Source of the DNA: Candidatus Poribacteria bacterium | GTDB taxonomy: Bacteria > Poribacteria > WGA-4E > WGA-3G | Length of the DNA: 64,000 nt | Direction of reading: 5' to 3' | Assembly (NCBI GenBank): GCA_022827625.1 | Contig: JAJEIE010000024.1 | Span: 40,227 to 104,226 of the forward strand | Shown here: in pieces, positions 1-8,639 of the stretch | Layout: each line of letters begins with the position of its first letter | Position numbering within the stretch: position 1 is the first letter of the stretch | Program-made: the position numbers and the translations under genes | The notes under the pieces: generated by a model | Databases searched by the model: none | Told to the model about the DNA's origin: nothing | What the model saw: only the letters and a program-made list of their open reading frames with translations

Positions 1-547
1 TCAAAACCCCTAACCACGGTGGGTTACCCGCTAAATGTTTCAGATAACCGCCTATCCCGTTCTCTTTAATAGCGATAATTTGAACGCCTAACACAGCCGT
101 TATACCGAGGGCAAGCGTTGTATTCAGGTCTGCTGTTGGGGGTTGAAGCCCGGGAATAACGCCGAGATAGTTCAGGAAGAGAATGAAGATGAAGAAGGAG
201 CCAACGAATGGCACATATTTTCTGCCGTGGTCGCCTAAAATACCACCGAAGAAATCCATGATACCGCCGACAAACACCTCTAACAGTGTTTGACCTTTCC
301 CTTCAGGTATCCGTTTCAACTTGCGAGTGGCGAAAATAAAAAATACGACTAAGACGAGAACAGCAAAGTATGTGTTAGGAATTAAATCGGGCTGATGCCA
401 CCGAGTCGGTTCTGGGATCATTTCATCCGGTAAAAGCCGTGAAATCGGGTAGAGCAAACTGCGGTGACCGTTGTCAGCTGCGAAACTCTCAGCCACTGTC
501 GCTAAACTCAGTCCCGCAACCAACCAGATAAACGATAGTTTTTTCAT
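1..547 (-). CDS. atpB: ATP synthase F0 subunit a (N-terminal part; 3' end lies beyond the window start)
   Basis: Minus-strand ATG at 545-547 opens a frame with no stop up to the window edge. Translation MKKLSFIWLVAGLSLATVAESFAA...FFIFILFLNYLGVIPGLQPPTADLNTTLALGITAVLG carries the subunit-a signature FxNxxGLIP...PTxDLNxTLALA. Confidence 0.7.
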   Translation of the reverse strand, partial: MKKLSFIWLVAGLSLATVAESFAADNGHRSLLYPISRLLPDEMIPEPTRWHQPDLIPNTYFAVLVLVVFFIFATRKLKRIPEGKGQTLLEVFVGGIMDFFGGILGDHGRKYVPFVGSFFIFILFLNYLGVIPGLQPPTADLNTTLALGITAVLGVQIIAIKENGIGGYLKHLAGNPPWLGVL

Positions 548-625
548 GTTTTGTTATTAGTGTTTCTTAAATATAGTGGTAGTTTTGGGTGCTTTTCAAT
601 TCAAAATCAATTCGGAAACGCCACG

Positions 626-1033
626 TTATGACTGATCGGTATCCTTATTCGACAGAATCGACACCACCAAGACCATCGCCTTAATAATAATAGCACCTTG
701 TACTAAAGCGATACCTCCAGCGAGCGCGTAGACATTCATCCATTCCGTTTTAAATAGGAAATAGAGTATTCCACCCAACACTGTATATTTACCTATCGCA
801 ATGAAACCCAGTAAATACTTTGTGCGATTTGTTCTCCCAGGTTGGATAAGGCGGCGGACTACAAATTCAATTGACCAGAAGAGGCTAAGGCTGATAATGC
901 TGCCGATAAGAAAACTGGGGAGTGCGGGGCGTTTGAAGCCTAACAACGCTGCTGCAACGACGATGGTGAGACAGATTGTCAAGATATAGACCTGGCGGAT
1001 AAATCGGTCACCAACTTCCAAAACGGGACCCAT
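626..1033 (-). CDS. Small polytopic membrane protein, AtpI-like (ATP synthase protein I)
   Basis: 135 aa with about 4 hydrophobic helices, immediately upstream of atpB on the same strand; position and size fit atpI. Confidence 0.4.
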   Translation of the reverse strand: MGPVLEVGDRFIRQVYILTICLTIVVAAALLGFKRPALPSFLIGSIISLSLFWSIEFVVRRLIQPGRTNRTKYLLGFIAIGKYTVLGGILYFLFKTEWMNVYALAGGIALVQGAIIIKAMVLVVSILSNKDTDQS

Positions 1034-1107
1034 CTAAATGACTCCTTTGTCAAAATAACGGCAAATCACAGTCGCCGAAATTTACCGCTTTCGGATGTTT
1101 TTGGGTG

Positions 1108-1416
1108 TTATCGTTTTTCAGAGTTTTGTGTTTGTTCTGATGTGGCGCGACGCTGTTTTTCTTGACCGTAAAGTCGCCGGTTCCAGCGCGCAACCGAACG
1201 AAACATTTCCATGAATCCGGCGGCAACCCCTATTCCGAAACCGATGTATGATCCAACTGCTGCATTGCCTAACTTTCCACCGATCCACTTACCCCCAAAA
1301 TAACCGATGCAAATCGCGAGCGCAAGCGTTATTCCAATGGAAGCGAGGTCGAACATCCCAACATTCTCATTTTTCAACGGATTGAGCCGGTGTTTGAACA
1401 TAACGGGTACTCCCAT
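1108..1416 (-). CDS. AtpZ-like small membrane protein (ATPase_gene1 family); the true start may be the internal Met near 1356
   Basis: Two TM helices with GxxxG-rich segments (GYFGGKWIGGKLG, IGFGIGVAAGFMEMFR) and a basic tail; lies upstream of the atpI-like gene. Confidence 0.35.
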   Translation of the reverse strand: MGVPVMFKHRLNPLKNENVGMFDLASIGITLALAICIGYFGGKWIGGKLGNAAVGSYIGFGIGVAAGFMEMFRSVARWNRRLYGQEKQRRATSEQTQNSEKR

Positions 1417-1542
1417 ACATAGCGTGAAAATGAGTGGGGGAACATGTTACCTCGTTAGCAACGGTATATATTATATCACAAGATTATGGAGAATGCAAAA
1501 AAAAGCGGGAACGCCGTGTTCCCGCCTTTATACATAGATACA

Positions 1543-2343
1543 TTATCGTTTTATATTTGCCCATGTCGTGGCGAGTTTGTCGGCGGGAGAGACATCAAAA
1601 GCGTCGTCTAATCCATCTTCCATAATCTGCGTAATATCATCCTCACTGAGGACGACATTAAAAATAGCGACATCATCAATGATGCCCCTGAAGTGACCGG
1701 CATAACCGAAACCGATGAGCAAATTAAGGTTGCTGGGACTGGAATCTCCGCACGGATGTGCGCCACATTTTACCCATTTATCTTGGGCAGTAACTTCACC
1801 GTCTTTGTACATCTTGTATTCACGGTCGTCAACGTTTCTGGTCTCGGCGACATGGATCCATTCGTCATCTACAAAAGTGCCAGCGACTGGTCTGGCAACC
1901 TCTACATAGGGTTGACAGTTGGCACCGCAATCGCCCCAATAAAAACTCAATCGACCGTCTGGTTCCAATGTCAAACAGCCTTCGCCGCCGTAAGATTTGC
2001 AAACTAAGTTTTGGCGGCCGGCACTGACGCTCTCAGGTTTAACCCAGAAAACGATTGTCACATTCCCATCGAATTGCAGGGATGCATCATTACCCATATC
2101 CACAAAAGATGAGCCATCAAACTCAAGTGCCTTACCAAATTTACCATCTACCCATTTGGGTTTATTCTTGAGCTCTCCATCGTTTCCGTTTTCTGAACTA
2201 TCTTTCGTCGTATCGCCTTTCCCTTCATCAAATTTCCATATACCGACAATGGTATCAGGGTCTAACACCGCCTCACTTGAAACGGCTAATGTTCCCACAA
2301 TAAATAGCGCAGTTATACCAATCCATAACACTCTGGATTTCAT
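1543..2343 (-). CDS. Secreted LamG/concanavalin-A-like lectin-fold protein
   Basis: Signal peptide, then the motif WKFDEGKGDTTKDSSENGNDGELKNKPKWVDGKFGKALEFDGSSFVDMG typical of LamG_3/ConA-like jelly-roll domains; paralog of 49527..50303. Confidence 0.7.
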   Translation of the reverse strand: MKSRVLWIGITALFIVGTLAVSSEAVLDPDTIVGIWKFDEGKGDTTKDSSENGNDGELKNKPKWVDGKFGKALEFDGSSFVDMGNDASLQFDGNVTIVFWVKPESVSAGRQNLVCKSYGGEGCLTLEPDGRLSFYWGDCGANCQPYVEVARPVAGTFVDDEWIHVAETRNVDDREYKMYKDGEVTAQDKWVKCGAHPCGDSSPSNLNLLIGFGYAGHFRGIIDDVAIFNVVLSEDDITQIMEDGLDDAFDVSPADKLATTWANIKR

Positions 2344-2437
2344 CTCTCGCTTCCTCCTTAGTTAATAGTTGCAGAAACGTTAGCAGGATTAGCGAAAATT
2401 GTCAAGAAAAAGATCTCTCCGTCTACCTTTGTAAATA

Positions 2438-3703
2438 TTAATTTTCAGTCCGGAGTGCGTCGGTAGGTGAAAGCCGCGCCGCCCGCATTGCAGGATAGAC
2501 GCCAAAACCTACGCCCATGACAATCGAAAAAATAACAGAAGTGAGTATCCACGGTAAGGATAACACGACGGGCCACACATCCACAACTGGCACGATCCGC
2601 ACCGCAAGCCGTGCCATCCCGTGCGCCGCCACCCAACCGCCTGCGATGCCGAGTAGCCCGCCGCAGAGACAGAGACAAATGGATTCCGTCAAGAACTGAT
2701 AAAAAATATCAATTCGTTTCGCACCGACCGATTTCCGCACACCTATCTCCCGTGTCTTTTCACCGACAGAGACGAGGCAGATATTCATGATGCCGACACC
2801 GCTGACGAACAACGAGAAACCTGCAATACTGCCCAAAGTGATTTTTATTACTTTTTGAATGTGGAAAAGTCGTCGAGCCGTCAATTTCGCTATCCAAACC
2901 CCGATAAACTCATCTTTCCCTCGGTGTCTTTTACGCAGCGTGTTTTTAACAGAATCAATAATACTGTTAATCTCTGCCCCTTTTCTAAAAAAGACGAGCA
3001 AGTAATCGACATAACGAAAGCCTTTCACCCGTTGTTGATAGGTGGTCAATGGTACAGAAATAGCGTCATCTAAAGAATACGTGTCACTGAGGCTCATGCC
3101 TTTTGTTGTCATCACTCCGATAACCCGTAACCTGATCTGCGCTTGCCGCCAATGATACCGAAGTTTCACCTCTCGTCCGATGGGCGATGCCTCCCCAAAA
3201 AGCTCCCTGGCAGTGTTAGCACCCAGGACACAGACCTGCTTTGCATTTTCGATATCGCTGTCGGAGAGGAATCTACCAACGTGAACTTCCCAACCCATGC
3301 CGGGGGCGTAGTCTGCTGTGATACCTTCTAAACGCGCTTTCGCTTGATTCCCGTTTCGGCTGCTAACAAAGGTGTTGAAGTCTTCTACTTTAGGCAAGAC
3401 ATACAGCACATCGGGGCATTCTGCCTCAACTGCGGAAGCGTCCTCAAGGGTATATCGTTCTGTCGTGCGCCGGACGAGCCGCGGTCCCTTCCAAATAGAA
3501 GTCCGTGTCCAGAATGCGATTTGGTTGGCACCGCCCATCATTTCAAGGTTTTGAGCGATGATGCGTTTCCCACCATCGCCGATAGCGATCATGCAAAGCA
3601 CACCCGCAATTCCGATGAAGATGCCGAGAATGGACAATCCTGCACGAAGCCTATTTTGCGCAAGGGGCTTCACACCCGCAGCTATAGCATCACGAAGTTT
3701 CAT
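2438..3703 (-). CDS. ABC transporter permease, MacB/FtsX-like (MacB periplasmic core domain + FtsX 4-TM domain)
   Basis: N-terminal TM helix, a large periplasmic domain, then three C-terminal TM helices ending ...GVYPAMRAARLSPTDALRTEN, the canonical FtsX-family C-terminus. No ATPase gene is adjacent. Confidence 0.8.
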   Translation of the reverse strand: MKLRDAIAAGVKPLAQNRLRAGLSILGIFIGIAGVLCMIAIGDGGKRIIAQNLEMMGGANQIAFWTRTSIWKGPRLVRRTTERYTLEDASAVEAECPDVLYVLPKVEDFNTFVSSRNGNQAKARLEGITADYAPGMGWEVHVGRFLSDSDIENAKQVCVLGANTARELFGEASPIGREVKLRYHWRQAQIRLRVIGVMTTKGMSLSDTYSLDDAISVPLTTYQQRVKGFRYVDYLLVFFRKGAEINSIIDSVKNTLRKRHRGKDEFIGVWIAKLTARRLFHIQKVIKITLGSIAGFSLFVSGVGIMNICLVSVGEKTREIGVRKSVGAKRIDIFYQFLTESICLCLCGGLLGIAGGWVAAHGMARLAVRIVPVVDVWPVVLSLPWILTSVIFSIVMGVGFGVYPAMRAARLSPTDALRTEN

Positions 3704-3802
3704 TGCTGCACCTTTTTTGTCTCAGAACTCGGAAGGACCTACCGATGTGCTTGAAATCCGACAGGTCTTCGGGGATTACTAATCACCTGAATGGGTGTTG
3801 TC

Positions 3803-5551
3803 CTACCTCTGTCCCAGCACTTTCAGAAATTCTGGATCCTTTTGGACATCCGAAAACTCAGGAGTCTCAACGAAAGTCGGGTAGTATGTATCCTGATAAT
3901 TATAAGGCTCTACCATATAATCGTTCTGAGCAACCTTCAAGTGCTGTAAAGTTTTTTCTCGATCCTTCTCAGAAGCCCAGATGCTCACGGCAAGCATGAA
4001 GTGGCCATAAGGGTTGTTATTTCCCAAATCGACGGCGATTTGTAGCATCCGCGTTGCTTCGCTATACTTTTTCGACCATACCAGACAACAACCGACATCG
4101 TGAGCAGCCCAAATAAGGTTGTAGGTATTGACCGGATAACGGGCATGCTGTTTTTCTACTTCCCCTTCGATAAACGTCCTTGTATCTGTCCAGACTTGAT
4201 CGAAACGATCCCAATCTTCCTGTTTTCTATACAACAGAAGCCGATTGGTTCTTACAGCTAACCAGAATCTAAAATAATTCCGCCAACCGGGTTCACCGTT
4301 GGCACGTTCCAATTTTTCTATTTCGAGAAGTGCCACATCTAACCGGTCATTGCTTCGTAATATTTCCGCTCCCATTTGTAGAAAATCGCAACGACTGTAC
4401 TGACTCACTTTAGGGTTCTCCAAGCGTTCAGATGCCTCATTATAGAGTTGAATCCAGTCATCAATACGACCTTCCGCTGCCCAACATCCAGCGCTGGTTA
4501 GATTGGAAATGATCCTTAACACATATTTTTCTGACTGCTTGCATGCCCAACGGTAAAGACGGGTCTGCTCCGCAATAGCTTCTCGATTTCTCTCAAGAAA
4601 AGCGAGACTATTGACTAACGTGTTATGCGCCCAGAAACGCTCCGTATTATCTGAGGTCTCATCTATATACCTACGGAGTAGAGATATCCGTTTTTCCATG
4701 CCGAGTTTGCCCATATACGGGTATATCTCATCAACGGCAAGATGTGCCAATTCGGGTGTGGTTTTACCCTTAAGGGCAGCTTCAATCTCGTTGCAGGCTT
4801 CTGTAAGAATATCCGATCGTGATGCAGGATCAGATTTCACATTCTCCATGAATGCAGTGAACCTGCTACGAATTTCTTCTAATTGATTCATGATGTTCTC
4901 CTTGAGAGTATCTGATAGTTCTAAATGACCAAAGAATTCTTGATTCAAGAATTCTGAATCTGTTTGCAGACGCTTTCGCGCCCGTTGGAGTCGGCTCGTA
5001 ATTGTATTCACCGACACTCCCATGAATTGGCTGATCTCTTTCGTTGACATTTCGTCAAGATAGTAGCGTGTTACAACTGCGCGTTCATTCTCTGGCAATT
5101 TTTCCAAAAGTCTTTTCACAAGTTCATGGTAACGCTCCGTCCTCTCTGTCATCCGCTGTTCCGATATATGATGTGTATAAGAGGATTCCTCGATTTCTTT
5201 AACGGGTGTGTCCTCCAGTGATTGCATCACAGACTTTTGGCTTCGCATCCAATCAATACAAAGCCGATCTGCGATGACATGGAGCCATCCGGCAAATTGA
5301 GTGGGATTCTTGAGGGTCGGAAGTTTTTTGTATGCCCTAAGGAAGGTGTCTTGCATAATATCTTCCGCATGGTGAAAATCTTGGGTCTTCCGCCATGCCA
5401 GGGCATGAATGCTCTTTTGGTACTTTTCGACTAAGATACCAAACGCAGCGTCATCACCCGATAAGATTTTGCGGATTAGTTGAACATCGTCTTCTCTTTT
5501 CACGAAACTTTCTCCTAATGAACAGATTCGATTATGTTTGCCCTCATTCAA
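3803..5551 (-). CDS. ECF-type sigma-70 factor with a ~380-aa C-terminal TPR/helical-repeat extension
   Basis: N-terminal sigma70 region 2 (FGILVEKYQKSIHALAWRKTQDFHHAEDIMQDTFLRAYKKL) and region 4 (LPENERAVVTRYYLDEMSTKEISQFMGVSVNTITSRLQRARKRL), followed by long helical repeats. Confidence 0.75.
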   Translation of the reverse strand: MNEGKHNRICSLGESFVKREDDVQLIRKILSGDDAAFGILVEKYQKSIHALAWRKTQDFHHAEDIMQDTFLRAYKKLPTLKNPTQFAGWLHVIADRLCIDWMRSQKSVMQSLEDTPVKEIEESSYTHHISEQRMTERTERYHELVKRLLEKLPENERAVVTRYYLDEMSTKEISQFMGVSVNTITSRLQRARKRLQTDSEFLNQEFFGHLELSDTLKENIMNQLEEIRSRFTAFMENVKSDPASRSDILTEACNEIEAALKGKTTPELAHLAVDEIYPYMGKLGMEKRISLLRRYIDETSDNTERFWAHNTLVNSLAFLERNREAIAEQTRLYRWACKQSEKYVLRIISNLTSAGCWAAEGRIDDWIQLYNEASERLENPKVSQYSRCDFLQMGAEILRSNDRLDVALLEIEKLERANGEPGWRNYFRFWLAVRTNRLLLYRKQEDWDRFDQVWTDTRTFIEGEVEKQHARYPVNTYNLIWAAHDVGCCLVWSKKYSEATRMLQIAVDLGNNNPYGHFMLAVSIWASEKDREKTLQHLKVAQNDYMVEPYNYQDTYYPTFVETPEFSDVQKDPEFLKVLGQR

Positions 5552-5758
5552 AAGGCTTAATCAAATTCCTTAAATTAAGCAATACAATACGATTCGGACC
5601 TTCTATTATTAAAGACGAAAGTTTGAGCAGAAAACGTGCATTATGGAAAAAAACCAAAAAACTGAATGTTTTAGAATTTGTTTTGTGAGTATTAGGGAAT
5701 AAAAAAGGGAACCGGTAAAAAACCAGTTCCCTGTGGACATTCTACTGGACTTCGGAAG

Positions 5759-6100
5759 CTAAACTGACAATCCAGCAACAGCAGCGTCTTCACTGTCGAA
5801 ATGTTCAAATAGATTCACCACACGACTCAGAACAATGAGATTTCTGATATGTTTTCCGACATTGATGACCCCTACGCGTCCGTGTTTCCGTGATGCAGCA
5901 GCGTATGCTTCCATCAAGGTCCCAAGACCTGAACTATCAATCCGATTGACCTGCTCGAAATTGATGAGGATACGTGGCGTATCAGAAGCCTCTATTTGTG
6001 GCAAGATGACTTTTCGTAAGTCTGATGCGGAACGTCCGCCTACCTTTCCAGTGGGTTTTAAAATCGAGATGCCATTTTGCTGGCGAATTTGCGTTGTCAT
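5759..6100 (-). CDS. STAS-domain anti-sigma-factor antagonist (SpoIIAA/RsbV-like)
   Basis: 113 aa with ILINFEQVNRIDSSGLGTLMEAY, the STAS fold with its conserved phosphorylatable Ser region; AGGAG Shine-Dalgarno upstream. Confidence 0.8.
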   Translation of the reverse strand: MTTQIRQQNGISILKPTGKVGGRSASDLRKVILPQIEASDTPRILINFEQVNRIDSSGLGTLMEAYAAASRKHGRVGVINVGKHIRNLIVLSRVVNLFEHFDSEDAAVAGLSV

Positions 6101-6216
6101 TTTTTTCTCCTTTTTTGTTTTTGGAATTTGTAACTGTTAATTGTTTTTTAATATTGTTCAAACGTTCACTTTAAGGATGCATTGACTTGACCCGAATTCT
6201 ATAAAAAACCGCCTTT

Positions 6217-6411
6217 TTAACGCAAATCCAAGTCCGCGTCCGTTTTGAGGAGTCTGTGGAATGTTTCAAAAGACGCTCCCCAAAGTTTCTCCTCTGTATA
6301 AGGATCGCCCGGTTCAGCTGGCACGACAGTCTCATCACAACCGAAAGCAAGGTAACCGATGCCGAAGAGTAACAAACAGACGAGGAATAGATTAATCATT
6401 AGGAAACGCAT
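6217..6411 (-). CDS. Small lipoprotein (about 64 aa) of unknown function
   Basis: The internal Met MRFLMINLFLVCLLLFGIGYLAFGC has a signal peptide plus lipobox-like FGC and an AAGGAG SD 7 nt upstream; the longer 100-aa ORF upstream lacks an SD. Confidence 0.4.
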   Translation of the reverse strand: MRFLMINLFLVCLLLFGIGYLAFGCDETVVPAEPGDPYTEEKLWGASFETFHRLLKTDADLDLR

Positions 6412-6686
6412 TTTTTTCTCCTTATTAGAATAGGACTTGCATTTGAATTTGCAAGTGACAATTTTGCTGAAATTTTTCTTTTTGATCCGTTGATTTAAGT
6501 GACGCATCTTAGATGTCAAAAGGTTGCATTATTTTCAAAACGGGTGTTGAAACCAAATGATCTCAATTTGCAAGAACGGAGAGATAGGAGATGTATTCTC
6601 CAGACCCCTCAGCCTTTTCATTTTTCCTCCTTTTGCCTATATAGAGTTCGTTCAGGAAAAAAAGATAGTAAAGAATTGTCAGTTGT

Positions 6687-6725
6687 CGTTACTACAAACG
6701 AGTTCCAAAACAGTTGCATTTTTTT
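6687..6725 (-). promoter_or_regulatory. ECF-type promoter-like motif (minus-strand GGAAC-N13-CGAC) shared with the sigma24 locus
   Basis: A ~38-nt block, cgttactacaaacgagttccaaaacagttgcattttt, is about 85% identical to 16656..16692. On the minus strand it reads as an AAC...CGT ECF-like -35/-10 pair. Confidence 0.4.
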
Positions 6726-6830
6726 CATTTAAGTTGAACTGGCGTTTTATAAAAATTGATAGCGAAACCCAACTTTGGATACTTTTTGGATTGTTGGGTT
6801 TCGCTCTGTCTATCCGCAGTGCTGTTCGTG

Positions 6831-8042
6831 TTAATTTCGCGCCGTGCTGGCGTAAAATTCCGAGATACTTTCAACGCCGCGCAGCAGCATTTCATCACTC
6901 AAGTGAAACGCCTCGCGTATTTTCAGTTTTTGCTTATCTTCTATTGAAGCAAGCAACCGTTGATTTGGTACAACATGGACGGAGTCAGCCTTTTCTCGAA
7001 GTTCCTGCAGTCCCTGCTCTGCTTTTTCGGCACGGCGTTGCCCTTCAAAATTGAACGGACACGTCACAACGCCTACCGCTAAAGCCCCTTGCTCTTGAGC
7101 AAGAGAGGCAATCAGGGGTGCAGCGCCTCCGCCCGTTCCGCCACCCATACCGGCTACAACGAAAACGATGTCGGCATCGGCAACGACGTTATGGAGTTTC
7201 TCTCGATCCTCCTCGGCAGCCCTTTTGCCCATCTCTGGATCCGCTCCGGAATACCCCGGAGTGGTGTTAGCACCAATCAGCACGGGTGTTGCGTCATTGT
7301 GTTTGTCAAGTGCTTGCTGGTCTATATTCACTGCGTAAAATTCAATATCTGTCAAACCAGATTCAATCATCCATTTGACGGCGTTACCGCCCGCACTACC
7401 GACACCCACAACCTTGATTTTGGGGTGGAGACGCTTGGATTCTTCACGTTTAGATGACATAGTTCTCCCTCTTTCAGGTTCGACACCGAACGCCTTGCGT
7501 AGGAGTTCACGTGTCTGTCTTAACCGTGTTTTAACTGTACCTATCGCTAATCCGAGTTCAGCGTGGATCTCTTTGATACTCCACGATTCCAGATAGTATA
7601 GCACCGCGACACGTCGCACTTTATCTGGCAGGTGATGCACTGCTTCTTTTGCGTCTTCGAGGCGTTCGATTTCTCGAAAATATCCCACCGCGTCCTGATC
7701 AATGCGATGGGTTAGATCGGCATAACTGGACGGAATTTCGCCGCTTGCGTGGCGTGTGGGCGTATAGTACCGCTTACAAGCGTTGTCCGCAATGCGGTGC
7801 AACCAGCCACTAAAACTTTCGACGCGTCGGAGTTGGCTGATGTTTTCCCAGACGGCTCTCCAGATGTCCATAAGGATTTCTTCAGCGTCGCGGCGTTGTC
7901 TCGAATTTGCGATAACGACTTTCCAGATGCGAGGACTATAACGCGACATCAGTTCTGTAAATGCCAACTCATCACTTGCTTGGGCAAGCCGAATGAGTTC
8001 TTCATCTGTCAGATTAGTGTGCGTTAATAGATCGTATCGCAT
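6831..8042 (-). CDS. ECF sigma-70 factor fused to a C-terminal FtsZ N-terminal GTPase domain (tubulin/FtsZ GTP-binding domain only, no T7-loop domain)
   Basis: Residues 1-190 carry sigma70_r2 (FTELMSRYSPRIWKVV...WLHRIADNACKRY) and r4 (LPDKVRRVAVLYYLESWSIKEIHAELGLAIGTVKTRLRQTR). Residues ~207-403 read KIKVVGVGSAGGNAVKWMIESGLTDIEFYAVN...VVAGMGGGTGGGAAPLIASLA...VPNQRL, with the tubulin signature GGGTGGG. By eye this is ~2/3 identical to the GTPase domain of the resident ftsZ (46202..47506). It ends just before the T7 loop. Confidence 0.85.
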   Translation of the reverse strand: MRYDLLTHTNLTDEELIRLAQASDELAFTELMSRYSPRIWKVVIANSRQRRDAEEILMDIWRAVWENISQLRRVESFSGWLHRIADNACKRYYTPTRHASGEIPSSYADLTHRIDQDAVGYFREIERLEDAKEAVHHLPDKVRRVAVLYYLESWSIKEIHAELGLAIGTVKTRLRQTRELLRKAFGVEPERGRTMSSKREESKRLHPKIKVVGVGSAGGNAVKWMIESGLTDIEFYAVNIDQQALDKHNDATPVLIGANTTPGYSGADPEMGKRAAEEDREKLHNVVADADIVFVVAGMGGGTGGGAAPLIASLAQEQGALAVGVVTCPFNFEGQRRAEKAEQGLQELREKADSVHVVPNQRLLASIEDKQKLKIREAFHLSDEMLLRGVESISEFYASTARN

Positions 8043-8233
8043 AGTAAAGTTCCCAATTGGGTTTTAACCTAAAGAGGCAGATTTTTCGCGGGGCGGTTTA
8101 AAAAAATTGAGAAGTCACATTTTTTCGATAGAGCAGGACTTCTCAAAAACCTCCTGTGCCAGGAGGAAGTGGCTTTGGCTTAGGGGGCATTAACTAACTA
8201 TTACGTGAATGATGTCTCCGGGTTGGATTTTTC

Positions 8234-8458
8234 TTAACATTGTTGTGGGTGTGAGTCGATGGCTTGGGTCAAGGCGAACTCTAAAAGGGCGATTGCTTGT
8301 TCCCGAGAGACAGAAGGGAATCCTTCAAGAAAATAGTCAAGACTCTCTCCAGCTTTTAGGTGATCAATGAGTGCCTTTACGGGAACACGAGTACCAGTAA
8401 ACACCGGTGTTCCTCCATGAATCTCAGGATCCTGATTTATCACTTGTTCTGGTTTCAT
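8234..8458 (-). CDS. DUF433-family small protein (antitoxin-like), without the usual PIN/DUF5615 partner
   Basis: 74 aa with GTPVFTGTRVPVKALIDHLKAGESLDYFLEGFP, characteristic of DUF433. Confidence 0.55.
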   Translation of the reverse strand: MKPEQVINQDPEIHGGTPVFTGTRVPVKALIDHLKAGESLDYFLEGFPSVSREQAIALLEFALTQAIDSHPQQC

Positions 8459-8639
8459 TTTTTAGGGTTCTCCTTGTTATTTTTTGGAAAACAAACCTTT
8501 GATCTGCCTGAGTTACTACCTGGGGACGACCTATTAAGTTGTCCTTGCTTTTGGTCTCCAGTGTCAAGGCATCTTTACCCAAAAACTTTGATAAAATTAT
8601 ACAATTTTCCGCAGCGAGGATGCCAATCAAACTCACGTT

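Noticed and set aside
6520-6830. Remnant of the FtsZ C-terminal domain downstream of the sigma::FtsZ fusion, which would indicate a recent truncation
   Set aside because: No frame in this spacer encodes FtsZ C-domain motifs (NVDFADV, GMG...); the region instead carries the ECF-type promoter block.
8424-8636. 70-aa ORF next to DUF433, a candidate PIN/DUF5615 toxin partner
   Set aside because: Overlaps the DUF433 gene and has no PIN acidic-residue pattern; DUF433 appears orphan here.
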